A stretch of 63,685 nucleotides of DNA, counting the filler, from Craspedostauros australis (Eukaryota), in NCBI GenBank assembly GCA_030167865.1. It is 10 parts of 10 records of this genome, joined end to end, with 100 filler letters (N's around TTAATTAATTAA, not from the genome) between each part and the next. Parts side by side here need not be neighbours in the genome. Positions count along the whole stretch, not along the records: positions 18,360 to 41,673 come from JALAGF010002485.1; positions 41,774 to 57,529 come from JALAGF010002486.1; 8 more parts are not named here. One strand, given 5' to 3'. Of the stretch, positions 32,202 to 44,945 are shown piece by piece (the stretch's first letter is position 1; each line of letters begins with the position of its first letter). The notes below the pieces were generated by a model. That model saw nothing but the letters and a program-made list of their open reading frames with translations. It searched no databases and was not told where the DNA came from. Made by a program: the position numbers and the translations under genes.

Positions 32202-35200
32202 ATGGCGAAGACAGTGACCATGACCATGGACGCCAGCACCAGCAACAACATTGATGACAATGCCAACGGCCGCACTCATGCAATAAGTGCTCAGACTGAC
32301 GGCGACCACGAACACAGCCTTTCCAGCGGGACCGATCCAACCCACTTCAGCCCCGATGATGCAAGCACAAGCAACGATGGCACTTCCACGTGTATCGATG
32401 ACGAATCGCAGCAGCCCGAGCTCCCGTTCCACAGGATCGGCCTGATCGGCAGAAGCAAAGAGCTGCGCCTGCTGCAGAACGCATTCCAGACGACCTGCAT
32501 GCGAGGGAACAAGCGATTGACCCACAGTCGAAGCCAGCACAGCAGCCGTCATGTCAGCCTAAGAGACTCGCAGCATGGCTCATCATCCCATCACACCACA
32601 ACCACGTACGACGATACAGATGCGACCGATTCTGGCACAGCGGTGGATCAACCAAAGCCAATCGGGCCGCTCTCAAGGAGGACGGCTGTGCTCATCGGCG
32701 GCCATTCTGGGAGCGGGAAGACGGCGCTCGCCATGCAAGTGAAGCGCTTCATCGCTGCCAGCCACGCCAGCAACAATGTCAGCAACACTGGTAGCGGCAC
32801 CAGCATCGGAAGCATCGAAAACGAAGATTCGAGCGGCATGCCACAGCAGCAACCCTTCTACGGGTTCTTCGTTTCGGGCAAGTGCGAGATCTCCAAGATG
32901 AACGCCGAACAGCCCTACGCAGGTATCAAGTCTGCATTGGCAAGTCTGTGCAATCAGATCCTGTGTCTCCCACGCGACGAAAACCAGCTGACCGCCATGA
33001 GCGGCATGCCATCTGCTGACATGCCCAAGGCATCGGGGGCCTCTCCAGACTCTGAGGCGCTGCCTTCACCTTCGTCATTGGATGACCCTCGTCGACTTTC
33101 CATCCTGCGAAGACTTCTCAAGAAGGCCATGTCAAGAAGCGACATTCAAGTGCTGTCCAACGTCATCCCTGAACTCCCGCAGGTCATCTCCGGGGTCAAC
33201 ATCATCGACGCCAACGGCATGATTCGCGACGTCGACTCCGAAGAAGATAACGCCTCCATGATGAGCGCATCCACGAGCATGCTGAGCAAGCACAGCGGCA
33301 CCAGACCATGGCATGCCAACATCGGGTACCGCGCCCACGGCGACAGACTCAAGTTCGCGCTGCAGCGCTTGATCCAGATCATCTGCAACTACTGCCCCCT
33401 CATCTTCGTCATCGACGATCTGCAATGGGCCGACAAGGCATCCCTCGACATCTTCAAGTCATGGATGCTCGACAGCAGGAACACCTCCTTGATGATCATC
33501 GGGTGCTACCGATCCAACCTCCTGGAGGAGAACGACGCCCTCAAGACCACCCTGACGTCGCTGGACGAGTCCAAGCGAGAGCGATCGCTCCGAATCTTGA
33601 AGCTCCCGATTGAGGACTTGGAGGGGCATCACATCAACGAGTTGCTGTGTTGCCTGCTGTGTCCTCGAGGTGCACAGCCATCACACGGCAGCGATCGAGA
33701 CTGCTATGGTCGCTTTCAGGCATTGGAACTCTTCGCGAACGTTGTCTACAAGAAGACAGGTGGAAATCCCTTCTTCGTGCAGCGCTTCCTCCACTCTCTG
33801 GTCCATGAAGGGCTGCTCAAGTACAACGGGCCCACCCAGTCGCACTCATACTCACAACCTTCAACGCTATCGCCAACGCCAACAACTGAACAGTTGTGGG
33901 ATTGGACATGGAACGACGACGACATCCAGGCCAAGTCGCCAGCCACGAGCAACATCATCGAGCTCATGAAGGAGAAGTTGCGACAGGTCCAGGAGGCGAA
34001 TCAGATCCTGCCCATCGCAGCATGCCTGGGCGCATCGTTCTCGTACTCCACGATCTGCATCGTCATGCGCGGCCTCTCCATCCACTCGGCGCACTCCGCA
34101 TTCGTCCGCAAGCTGTTTGGGATCGATCGCTTCATCTCGACCACCGCAATCCGCAAGATGCTGCACAAATGCACACGAGAAGGACTGTTGGAGAAATCGG
34201 GCGGTCCCGGGATCGTCAGCAGCACACCGGCCAATGCAGCGCTTAACGAGTCCAACCTGAAGAAGGTGAAGACAAAGTACTCCGCCATCTACAACTTCAG
34301 CCACGACAAGGTCCAGGAGGCGGCTCTTGACATGGTGGATCAACAGCAGCTGTCCGAGCTCAAGTACCGAGTGGGCGAGATCCTCCTCTTCGGCCTTTCG
34401 GAGGACGAGCTCGAGGAGCGCATCTTCATGGTCACCAACCTCATCAACGCGAGACCTGACCTCATCCCCGACACCATCAAGAGCGATCGTGGCAGGCGGG
34501 TGATGATGCTGAACTTCGACGCTGGCACGAAGGCGGCCAGCTGCTCCGCCTTCCACCTGGCGTTGGAGTACTTCCGCCAATCCATCGAATTGCTTCCCAC
34601 AAATCACTGGAAGACCATGAAAGTGGAGACGCTTCAGATCTACTCTGCTGCGGCGGAAAGCGCCTACGTGACCTCGAAGCTTGATCGAGCAAGAGAGTAC
34701 TGCGACGTGATCATCAGTTCAGACTGCGATATCTTGGAGAAGATCGATGCCTACGACACGCTCACTGACGTGGCGATGGCTGAGAGCCAGAAGGACAAGA
34801 AAGGGTCCAGCGCCGTTCGGCTTTGCGTGGATGTGCTGTCGCAGCTGGGATGCAAGCTCCCGAAACCGGGAGTCAAACGACAGCTGGGCATGGTCTTCGG
34901 CTTGCTGAAGTCAAAGCGCCTTGCGCACAAGATGACGGCACAGACGATCGAAGATCTACCCCTGATCGCCAACACCAAGGAAGATGCCATCATGCGGACG
35001 CTGGGGAAGCTGATGCGTGCCTCTTACTTCGGGGACCCTGACTTCATTCCGTCAGTGGCTCTAGAAACCCTGCGCCGGACATTCAAGCACGGAGTGTCGG
35101 AGCATTCTCCGCCAGCCTTTACAATGCTGGGGTTGGTGATGGGATACGCCATGGGCGATTTCGAAGCCAGGATGACGTTTACACAAGCATCCTTCGATAT

Positions 35201-36158
35201 TTTGAGCAAGCTTGGCCGTCCAGCCACTGAAGCCTCGATCATCTTGCAGTGCTACATTTTGAACCAGCATTGGAAGCAGCCAGTGGAGGAGATTGTCGAA
35301 CCAATTCAGGAGGCTTATCGTCTGGCGGTATCCGTCGGTGACATGGATGTCGCGGGGTGGTGCATGCTCGTCACGAATGTTATTCACTTCTTCACCGGGA
35401 CTCCATTGAGCCAGATCGACTACGACTCCGAGACATACTCCAAGGTGCTGCTGGACTTTCGGCAGAGCACGCAGTACACCTTCTTGATCGCGATATGGCA
35501 AATGGTCCTCAACCTTCGTGGCACATCCAAACATCACATAGCGCTCATCGGGGATGCATTCGACGAGAGGAGCGTCTTCAGCCGCGACGGAGACAATGCA
35601 ATCAGCGGCGTCCACAAGAGAGGAATCCTCATGTTCAAAACACAGCTGTGTGCCATTTTCGGCGATTACGAGCAAGGCGCAAAAATCTCCGTCGAAAACA
35701 CTTCTGGATACATCCACGACAATCCAGGTGGTGTCTCGTTACCACCCGCACTGTTCCGAGCCGCTTTCAACTGCCTCGCAGCCTCGCACTCGGCCCCCAA
35801 ACGAGAGTACAGCAAAGTAGCAAAGCAGTGCCTCAAGCAGCTCAAGCAATGGAACAAGCAAGGGAACCCCAACTGCCCTCACTACATCATGTTGCTGAAA
35901 GCCGAACGTCACTTCTTGCGTGGCAACCACAGCGATGCGGCTGGGATGTACGTGAAGGCGATTGAGAGTGCCGGTGGCCGCGGGTACACCCAGGACCAGG
36001 CGATCGCAAATGAGCGGCTTGGAGACTGCTGGATGGATTGCGGCAGGAAGGAAGAGGCGAAGGGTCGATACGAAGAGTCCATCCGCTTGTACGATGAATG
36101 GGGAGCAGCGGGGAAGGTGGTAGATCTCCACGCCAAGGTGGGGAAGATGTTCGGATAG
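32202..36158 (+). CDS. STAND-class ATPase (COG3899-like) with C-terminal TPR-like helical region, full length
   Basis: Walker A GHSGSGKT, Walker B FVIDDLQWAD, KKTGGNPFFV (GxP), FSHDKVQEAA (MHD-like), terminal AIANERLG...YDEWGA; single open frame. Confidence 0.88.
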   Translation: MAKTVTMTMDASTSNNIDDNANGRTHAISAQTDGDHEHSLSSGTDPTHFSPDDASTSNDGTSTCIDDESQQPELPFHRIGLIGRSKELRLLQNAFQTTCMRGNKRLTHSRSQHSSRHVSLRDSQHGSSSHHTTTTYDDTDATDSGTAVDQPKPIGPLSRRTAVLIGGHSGSGKTALAMQVKRFIAASHASNNVSNTGSGTSIGSIENEDSSGMPQQQPFYGFFVSGKCEISKMNAEQPYAGIKSALASLCNQILCLPRDENQLTAMSGMPSADMPKASGASPDSEALPSPSSLDDPRRLSILRRLLKKAMSRSDIQVLSNVIPELPQVISGVNIIDANGMIRDVDSEEDNASMMSASTSMLSKHSGTRPWHANIGYRAHGDRLKFALQRLIQIICNYCPLIFVIDDLQWADKASLDIFKSWMLDSRNTSLMIIGCYRSNLLEENDALKTTLTSLDESKRERSLRILKLPIEDLEGHHINELLCCLLCPRGAQPSHGSDRDCYGRFQALELFANVVYKKTGGNPFFVQRFLHSLVHEGLLKYNGPTQSHSYSQPSTLSPTPTTEQLWDWTWNDDDIQAKSPATSNIIELMKEKLRQVQEANQILPIAACLGASFSYSTICIVMRGLSIHSAHSAFVRKLFGIDRFISTTAIRKMLHKCTREGLLEKSGGPGIVSSTPANAALNESNLKKVKTKYSAIYNFSHDKVQEAALDMVDQQQLSELKYRVGEILLFGLSEDELEERIFMVTNLINARPDLIPDTIKSDRGRRVMMLNFDAGTKAASCSAFHLALEYFRQSIELLPTNHWKTMKVETLQIYSAAAESAYVTSKLDRAREYCDVIISSDCDILEKIDAYDTLTDVAMAESQKDKKGSSAVRLCVDVLSQLGCKLPKPGVKRQLGMVFGLLKSKRLAHKMTAQTIEDLPLIANTKEDAIMRTLGKLMRASYFGDPDFIPSVALETLRRTFKHGVSEHSPPAFTMLGLVMGYAMGDFEARMTFTQASFDILSKLGRPATEASIILQCYILNQHWKQPVEEIVEPIQEAYRLAVSVGDMDVAGWCMLVTNVIHFFTGTPLSQIDYDSETYSKVLLDFRQSTQYTFLIAIWQMVLNLRGTSKHHIALIGDAFDERSVFSRDGDNAISGVHKRGILMFKTQLCAIFGDYEQGAKISVENTSGYIHDNPGGVSLPPALFRAAFNCLAASHSAPKREYSKVAKQCLKQLKQWNKQGNPNCPHYIMLLKAERHFLRGNHSDAAGMYVKAIESAGGRGYTQDQAIANERLGDCWMDCGRKEEAKGRYEESIRLYDEWGAAGKVVDLHAKVGKMFG

Positions 36159-37442
36159 GGACGGAGCTTGTTGCTGGGCAAGTGGTGAGGATGCGCAAGC
36201 AGGACACACAAGCAGGATGAGAGATTGATACTCCACGAGTTCCGGGCATACGTACGAATAGCATTCCATTTTTACCAACACCAGTGCGATGGCTGACTGA
36301 GAGACGTTCTTGTATAGCTCTGTCCATATCCGTAATGAAGAGTGCTTGGAGTTCTAGCGTGGTGTCATGGGCCGTTGCTACGTTGTTGGTACTAATACGT
36401 GTACTCCTACTCCCATTCCTACTTGACATGCGACTAGAGTCACATCTAGTTTTGATAGTAGAGTACGTGGCTGATTGTTCAAGTCAAAATGGGACACACC
36501 AAATTCGTTTCAACACATTCTCGCCAATCTATGCATAATTTATGTATTAGCCCTATCTCCCACTAAGACAAGACCCGAATACCCGGGTCTCAACTAAATA
36601 CTTTTTACACCTTCATTTGAATTACCGCAATCAACACGCTTCGCAATGGTGCCATAAGTAGTACTAATATAAACTTACCGTATGTACCAAAGCGTACGTG
36701 ACTCGATGAAACGTGGTTCATATAGTCAAAATATATATAAATAAGTATATTGCCAATAATGCGTGATGGTCCCAGCACAGTTTGTAGACATAATATTCAT
36801 TTGCCGTAAACTTGGATACACAACATCCAACCCGAATGCGAACACAAGAAAAAAGGCTTCGTTGTTTCAGCCCAAGCGCACATCAACCAAAACACGACAG
36901 AAACGCCATCATCTGCGGTACGTTTGCCGCACAACAACGACAGCGGATGGTCGGGTCCACCACAAACCAACCACCGCAGGACAGAGAGCTAAGCGCGCTG
37001 ATGTTGTGCAAGTGGTGCCGTTCATGTGGTGCACAGCTGCGCATCAACATTCCCAACGACAGCTGAAGACGCCACCCGCCTGGGTTCCGAAACAAACGCA
37101 GACTTCACGAAGGGTTGACCGATCTCAAAGCGCAACCTGCCAACCCTCTCTCTGCCGCGAAGTCGAATCCCTCCCTTTCTGTGATGCGGAACCGAACCGT
37201 TGGGGGCATGACCGGTCTCAACCTCTTTCTTTTGTGGACGTCAATGTGTGCGGGTACAGTATCGACATGTATTCGTTGGTCGTGCTGTTGATACTATCCT
37301 TGGGCACTGCCAAGGTGAAATAGAGCGTCGTGCGCAACAGGCACCGTTTGACCATTCCGGAGCGGAGGGTGGCGCGGACATGAGTGATAGAGCTGTGTGC
37401 GTGAATGTGCGATGTAAGCATGCGGCAGCATCATGCGGGTGC

Positions 37443-37476
<34 letters not shown>

Positions 37477-39971
37477 CGAGAAGAACGGCAAAGGAGCGAA
37501 AAGAGACGTCGGCATCGATAAACTGAGGAAAGTGAAGCGCGTGTCTGCGGCGGTAGATCGAAGAGAAACACGATACCGAACGCGAAGGAGGAATTGAGGC
37601 GCCACCCATCTCTGTGTGCAATGCTTGGACAGGTCTTTGGGAAACTGCAGCACAGTGATGCAGCTCGTATTATGCAAACCGCCAGAGAATTGGCGCATGA
37701 ATGGGAAGACGACACGGAACAAACCCAAGGAGGCGCACCAAGTCTTCGACATTTCGCTCTCGACGGAGCATGGTGTGAAGCAAACACGAGATCGTGCTTA
37801 ATGGGAAAAAGAAGACGTTGCTGCGCACGAGTAGGTCGTAGCTTGTGGCCTTTCCATTTACGATACGAGCTACGTACTCGACCCATCACTGATTCCTCCG
37901 CATCTGACCATCATCTTGCACACCTTTGGCTCAGGGCGGAGCTCCACTTTGTATTGATCTCTATTATCCTCACAAATCCAACAAACCCAAAGCAGAGCAC
38001 GAGTAACGTCAAGGGTATTGGAGGAAGCTTTCATCCGTGCACAGACGGTTACAGATGTCAACAACAATCATTCGCTTACGAGCTAGCCCTGTTGTTGAGC
38101 GAACTACCGGCCTGTTCCCTGGGCGTGATGATGCATGGAGCATGCGAGATCGACAAAAGGCAGAAGTGGCTGGGAAGGATGTAGCGTCAAGGAAGAGAGC
38201 AGCGCAAAAAGCTCTCTCTCCCTCTTCCTTCACTCGCCAGGGAACTGGAAGGTCACCGCACGCTCTGAGCCATGTGAACCACTGCTCTGCCAGCAGTTTG
38301 TATGCTACATGCCTCGAATTCCACACCATGCACACCATACAAAGACGTTCATCGTGTGGGCTTGCATGGCTCGTACCGACAGCAACGAAATGGTTTGATG
38401 GCGATGGTGGCATTCCGGTAAGAGGAAGTGGCGACCAGAGGAGCACAATCAAACTCGCGATGCGACTTTTTGCGACCATACCAGGATGCACGGCTTTCGC
38501 CAGCGGACATACAAAGAAGACGAAGGGTCACGAGAAGTGATAAGTGTTGTGCTGTGGCTGGATGTTGCGATCTTCGTTTTCGGAATTGGCGATAACTGTG
38601 GAGAGCTACAAAGGCGAAATACCGTTTCTCCTCTTCGTGCGGACAAAGAAAGCAATGCACAAACCAAGGAAGAACACCATCCTTTGCTGTTCGGATTCAT
38701 GCAAGGAACATTCGCGCACTGTGGCGGCATGATCGTTGCCGTGTGATATTTAATCCAACAGAACAGTCAATCTTCGGACCTTTGTAAAAGCAAGCCCCTT
38801 GTTTGATCGTTAAACATTGATGGGGACGCGAATGTGTCGTGATGTTCCACACGTGATTGGTAGTCGGGGTCAGTACGTACGTCGTGATACAACTACGCAA
38901 GGTTGACGCAAAGCGGATGCACTTCAGGGTCGGATAAGTCCCTGGAAAAGTGCGACTACTTGTCCTGGTTGTGCTCGCCAACCACTCAGTACAGTAGAGA
39001 ACATTCGATCCTGTGAAGGCAATCTTATGTTTTGCATGAAGAACAGAAGTCGAATGAAAGTGGGAGTCATTCAGTCATTATCGGTCTTGTCGATCGTGAA
39101 ACCTACCATGCTCCCACTCACTTTTTGCGGCTAGGCTCATCAGCGGTTGCCAGAACATTTCCGCCATGACATTGTTGGTCCATGAGGGGATGTCAACGGT
39201 CTGGGCCCGATGGCAGAGAAAGTGCCCAAAATACGAGTAAACGGGTGCCTTCGACGAACACGAACCAGGGAAGGTAGGGTTGATGTGCAGTCCGAGTACG
39301 CTGCCGATACCGAGATGGTGTTCTCATCCTATTCATACCGACGAGCAGTTGCCGCACTCGGGCAGTCCAAACAAGTGCGGTGCGAGTACTCGGGGATACA
39401 ATTGCGCGGGCAGACCTGCCTCTGGCCAATCTCGTCTTTGGTCGGCGGCTGAAGTCGCGGAGATGCCCTTGATGAGATGATCTCTTGCACAGGGGTGATG
39501 GGTCGAAGCCGCCCATGGCAAGAGGTAGCACATCAAGGAAGCGGCACCGCTCTGCCTCACCTTGCTTCGGTCTGTTCAATCCACCTTCACTCCGCACTCT
39601 TCTCCTTCACCGCAAACATGCCATTCTCTCATTGCAAGAAGTTCATAAACTCGACCAGTCATCACACATCAAAGCAACGAAACAAACGAAACACAATCAC
39701 GGCCTGATCCGCAACCATCTCACTGACAAGAGCATAAAATCACCAAGAGCACAAGATCAAGGAGAATACGAGCACGCGAGCACTATACATCAATACACTC
39801 ATTGCCTGTACCTCAGTGAATAATCGTGCCTGCCCATCACATACAATAACACATCAATCCACGCCTTGCATCACCCATCCTCACATCGATCAACAACACC
39901 AAACGATTGCTCCAACGACATATTAGGACAACTGTACGTACTCGAACCGTGAAGCACCAAAGCAACGAACC

Positions 39972-41673
39972 ATGTCGCCCGGAGCCAACCCTGTCCTCAT
40001 CGATGCCAACCCCGTGACACCCTCGAGCATCGAGCGCGGCATGGCGCCACCCAAACAGCCCATCCAAGATGACGGCAACAGCTTTGACAGCGGGTCCACC
40101 CACACGGCATCCACTGCATGCCAAGCGCAGTTGCCATTCGAGCAAGTTGGTCTGGTCGGAAGGAACAAGCAGATCCGATTGCTCCGCAACGCTTTCAACA
40201 AGACCTGCGCGCGATGGGAAGATCGCGTCTCCGAACAGAAGGAACTGGCGAAACGGCGCTATGATCGCAACGACTCGCGCTCGTTGGAGTCGGCAAGTCT
40301 GTCACTGGACACTCATGACAGCCATCTGACGCCGACGACACCGACGACGCTACCACCGAATAGAACTCTCGTGCTGATCGCCGGCCATTCCGGCAGCGGG
40401 AAGACCGCGCTCGCCATGCAGATCAAGCACTTCGCATCCACCCAAACCTCGCGCAAACAAGACAGGGCAGCGCCCAAGCCCTTCCATGGATTCTTCGTCT
40501 CGGGCAAGTGCGAGATCTCCAAGATGAACGCCGAGGAACCTTACGCCGGAATCAAGTCCGCGCTGATGCACCTGTGCGATCAGATCTTGTGCTTGCCGCA
40601 TGGCGAGGACGGTACAGTCACCACGAGCGCGGACACCTTGAAGACCGACCAGGGATCCTCGGTCCCGCTGGAAATCAACGCTACTCGTTCCCACAAGCCA
40701 AAGAGCAACGGCAATGAGCGCGGCTCGCAGACCAGGCTCGCTGGCTCCCTTCCAGCCCAATCGCCCGGCGACGAGCAAGCCTCCTTTGATGATCCTCGGC
40801 GCCTCTCCACCATCCGAAGGCTCCTGATGGAAGGCCTGACCCAAGGCGAAATCCAGGTCTTATCGGCGGTCATTCCAGAACTGGACCTGGTCGCTTATGG
40901 GACTGATCTCGAAGCCGTTCGCCACCTGAACACCGCAGACGACTCGTCCATCGAAAGCGGCTCGACACGAACATCCGACAAGCACCAACTCACCAGGCGC
41001 TTGAATGGTCGCATCGGCTACCGCGCCCACGGCGACAGACTCAAGTTCGCGCTGCAGCGCTTGATCCAGATCATCTGCAACTACTGCCCCCTCATCTTCG
41101 TCATCGACGATCTGCAATGGGCCGACAAGGCATCCCTCGACATCTTCAAGTCATGGATGCTCGACAGCAGGAACACCTCCTTGATGATCATCGGGTGCTA
41201 CCGATCCAACCTCCTGGAGGAGAACAACGCCCTCAAGACCACCCTAACGTCGCTGGACGAGTCCAAGCGAGAGCGATCGCTCCGCATCTTGAAGCTCCCG
41301 GTTGAGGACCTGGAGGTGCATCACATCAACGAGTTGCTGTGTTGCCTGCTGTGTCCTCAGGATGCACGACAATCTCACGGCAACGACCGGGACTGCGATG
41401 ACAACTCCGATGCCGCAGCCGATAAGCGCTGCAAGGCCGTGCACGTGTTTTCGGACGTTGTCTACAAGAAGACAGGTGGAAACCCCTTCTTCGTGCAGCG
41501 CTTCCTCCATTCTCTGGTCCATGAAGGGCTGCTCAAGTACAACGGGTCCACCCAATCACGCTCACAACCTTCAACGCTATCGCCAACGTCAACGCCAACA
41601 ACTGAACAGTTGTGGGATTGGACATGGAACGACGACGACATCCAGGCCAAGTCGCCAGCCACGAGCAACATCA
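39972..41673 (+). CDS. Tandem STAND ATPase paralog, 3'-truncated by contig end
   Basis: Same motifs as 32202-36158; near-identical DNA blocks from about 41012 onward. Confidence 0.85.
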
Positions 41674-41773
41674 NNNNNNNNNNNNNNNNNNNNNNNNNNN
41701 NNNNNNNNNNNNNNNNNTTAATTAATTAANNNNNNNNNNNNNNNNNNNNNNNNNNNNNNNNNNNNNNNNNNNN

Positions 41774-42105
41774 CGAAGTGCTCTGTGGAGCAATGATCTC
41801 TGTGGAGAGTGTTGGGGTTGTGAGTTTTGTGTGCTCTGCGCTGGCCCAAGACAGCAGCCTTGTTTTGCGCGGACCGGAGACGAAAACACGCTCAGCAAAC
41901 ACCGACACAGTGTAAAGTGGGGAAATGGAGCAATGACGAAGAGCGAAAGCAACTCGGGCGAATTTTGGGGGGAAAGCACCAATTATCCAAAAAAGAACAA
42001 AAATGCCATATTATTCCGTCGAGGATAAGAACTAGGCGGAAACAAGCGATTTATGACTTAAACGCTATGAAATAGAGCCAATTATTGCATTTTGAACTGC
42101 CCCCC
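41774..42105 (-). mobile_element. DNA transposon terminus (family A), copy 3
   Basis: Same 332 bp with the Ns resolved (aaaaagaacaaaaatgcc); the flank starts CAG. Confidence 0.8.
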
Positions 42106-43100
42106 CAGTCGACACATGCAACGCACACCGACGCTCGCGCATTTTTGTCGCCTCTCTGCGCCGTCTTCCTTTCCCTTTGCGCTTGTTTCGTCTTGGTTCT
42201 CGGATTCACCCCAATTCCCAACACAGAGACAGAACAGCGCGCCATTTGAGAAACCGATGCGGAAACAACGGAAGCCACCACGAAGCATGACAGAGCACGG
42301 CGTTGACTCGTGATCACGACAAAATTTTGATCTTGGTGGAACAACTGTGTGGAATCATTACAACGCCACAACAACAACAACAACAACTGCATTGCCAAGA
42401 GAGCGAGAGCCAGAGAGTTCGACACCATCAGCATCATCATCAACATCATCAGGAGAGAGGCAGCGTACCAACAGCAACAAAAGCAGCGTTGCGAGGATCA
42501 TCACAGAGTGCTTCCCTCCCTCGTCCCTTCCTTTCTTCCTTTCTCCCTTCCTTGTGCGGCTGTTGGCTGTTCCGTCCACGACCAAGAGAGCCGAAGATTG
42601 CACAAAAGAGCAGTATCACGAGGAACATCGCACAAAAAACATCCCCTTCCCAAAAAGACCCGCAGAGTATCAGTCAGCCACGACAACAGCGATCGGCACG
42701 AAACAGCCACACCACGACCCATCTCGACCAATCTGTTCCGCAATCCGCGTGACTCGGACAAGGCCTCCAATTCGATCGCTGCAGCAGCACCAAAGAGGAT
42801 CGTACCGCAGAGCATCTCTTCCAAGCACAGGACACAAGAGCACCTTTGCATAGCAAACGCAACTGCCGCGTTTGCCAATTGGGGTCCCAAACAGCACAAC
42901 GGGGAGCTTTTTGTCATCCACTTGTGCAACTACCTGTAGTTGCAGCAGGACAGATTCGCTGGTTGACCGAGAGAAGCCCCACAACAGTCGCACCAGCACA
43001 ACCTGAATCGAGTACTGCTTCCCTCTACTGCCGGAGCATAACATTTCACTGATCATACGAGCATCCGCAGCAGCAACAACACAAACTGCAACAAGCAACC

Positions 43101-44945
43101 ATGGCGTCCGCAGCATCCCCCGCAATGGATGAACTCACGAGGTGGCTGCAGGCTTCCGAGCAGGGCCAAAACAACACAATGACCACAAGCGGCGATGACT
43201 CCAACGATGACAACACCTTCCTGGACATCTTCTCGGTCGTCATGTCCAACATGCTCCTCTTCTTCCTCATCTTCGGCCTTTCCGCCACCGTGCAGATCGG
43301 CAACCTCAAGCACCAGCTCACCAACAAGTTCGCGATCATCACGGGAGTTGCCATGCAGTTCTTCATCATGCCCGTCCTCGGCTTCACGGCCGTGCTCATG
43401 CTGCAAAAGACTGACTTCAGCGAGGCCATGGGGGTCACCCTGCTCGTCGTCACGGCCAGCCCGGGCGGATCCTACTCCAACTGGTGGTGCTCGCTCTTCA
43501 ACGCAGAACTCGCGCTCAGCGTGGCCATGACCTCCGTGTCATCGCTGCTCTCCATCGTCCTGCTCCCCGCCAACCTATTCTTCTACACGTGGCTTGCGTA
43601 CGGCGTCATCGACAGCGGCAACGAGGACGAAGGCGACCTCAACGTGCTAGAATCGCTGGACTTCGGCGGCATCCTCATCTCGCTGGGCGTCGTGCTGTCC
43701 GGCATCCTCATCGGCCTCTACTGCGGCTACAAATTCGACAACGCCACCTTCCACAACCGCGCCAACAAGCTCGGAAGCTTCTGCGGCCTCTCCCTCATCC
43801 TCTTCAGCGCATTCCTGGGATCGGGAGGCGACAGCGACACCAACTTCTGGAGCTTGCCGTGGTCCTTCTACATCGGCGTCGCATTCCCCTGCGTCATCGG
43901 CATGGCGCTCGCCAACATCATTTCCCGCAGCCTCAAACTCTCGGGTCCCGAAACCGTCGCCATCTCCATCGAATGCTGCTACCAGAACACGGCCATCGGC
44001 ACCAGCGTCGCCGTCACCATGTTCGATGACCCAACCGAACGTGCCGAGGCCATCAGCGTGCCGCTCTTTTACGGTCTCGTGGAGGCCCTCATCATCGGCA
44101 TCTACTGCGTCATCGTGTGGAAGGCAGGCTGGACGAAGGCTCCGGCCGATGAGAAGATGTGCGTCGTCATGGCCAAGACGTACGAAATCGAAGATCATAG
44201 CGCGGACAAGACCGAGGACGACGATGAGAATAAGCGAGATATCGTCGACGAGACCGCGTTGCCATTGGAACAGCACACTGGATCTTCCAAGAAGATGGTG
44301 GAGGCGGATGAGGAGATGGACGACATCGAAGCCAGCATGGCGGCAACGCCGTACGGCAAGACAGCATCCAAGCAAGCGGACAAGAACGCACATGAACAGC
44401 GGGACAGGTTATACAGTTCGGACGTCACGGTGTCCACAACCGCGGCGTCCACACCGGGCACACCGCTCACACCATTCGGTTCCACCATCTCGGACGATGT
44501 CACTCCAGGCCTGCAGGCCAAGCCAGCACACGGCGAGGACGGTGCCTCGTCGGGCACCTTATCAGATAAATCATCCCTATCGTCGTCGGCAGGCGCGGCG
44601 CAATCCACGCTGATCGCCACGACGAGCGAGGACACAGGGGCCGACGACACGGCCCAGCGGCATCTCGAACGAACGCTCGAGGAGACCTTCAACGGCCAAA
44701 TCGAGACGGTCTTGAACAAAGATCGTTCCACGGCGGACATCATCGCCACGGACGACAGCGAAGACCAGAAATCCACCGACCGATCACTTCAGGGATCCGC
44801 CGCCGAAGAACTCAAGCAACCGATCGACTTGGAGCCGCATCGCAGCATGGATTCCAGCGGCGAAACATCCTTGCCCATGTCAGTGGACATGCTGGGGCAG
44901 CCAGTCGTGGCAATGTCTCCCATCAAAGGAAGCACGGCGGTATGA
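43101..44945 (+). CDS. Bile acid:sodium symporter (SLC10/BASS) family transporter
   Basis: GVAMQFFIMPVLGF, SPGGSYSN...AELALSVAMT, AISIECCYQN; long acidic tail. Confidence 0.9.
   Translation: MASAASPAMDELTRWLQASEQGQNNTMTTSGDDSNDDNTFLDIFSVVMSNMLLFFLIFGLSATVQIGNLKHQLTNKFAIITGVAMQFFIMPVLGFTAVLMLQKTDFSEAMGVTLLVVTASPGGSYSNWWCSLFNAELALSVAMTSVSSLLSIVLLPANLFFYTWLAYGVIDSGNEDEGDLNVLESLDFGGILISLGVVLSGILIGLYCGYKFDNATFHNRANKLGSFCGLSLILFSAFLGSGGDSDTNFWSLPWSFYIGVAFPCVIGMALANIISRSLKLSGPETVAISIECCYQNTAIGTSVAVTMFDDPTERAEAISVPLFYGLVEALIIGIYCVIVWKAGWTKAPADEKMCVVMAKTYEIEDHSADKTEDDDENKRDIVDETALPLEQHTGSSKKMVEADEEMDDIEASMAATPYGKTASKQADKNAHEQRDRLYSSDVTVSTTAASTPGTPLTPFGSTISDDVTPGLQAKPAHGEDGASSGTLSDKSSLSSSAGAAQSTLIATTSEDTGADDTAQRHLERTLEETFNGQIETVLNKDRSTADIIATDDSEDQKSTDRSLQGSAAEELKQPIDLEPHRSMDSSGETSLPMSVDMLGQPVVAMSPIKGSTAV

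Noticed and set aside
36200..39900. 3.7-kb spacer between the STAND paralogs with many short ORFs and a 7-bp hairpin near 36571-36590
   Set aside because: No supportable gene, RNA or repeat; a hairpin this short is expected by chance.
2915..42105. The three identical copies as a CRISPR-like array, LTR or segmental duplication
   Set aside because: They are on separate contigs, have no repeat-spacer structure, lack a TG/CA end, and their flanks are unrelated.
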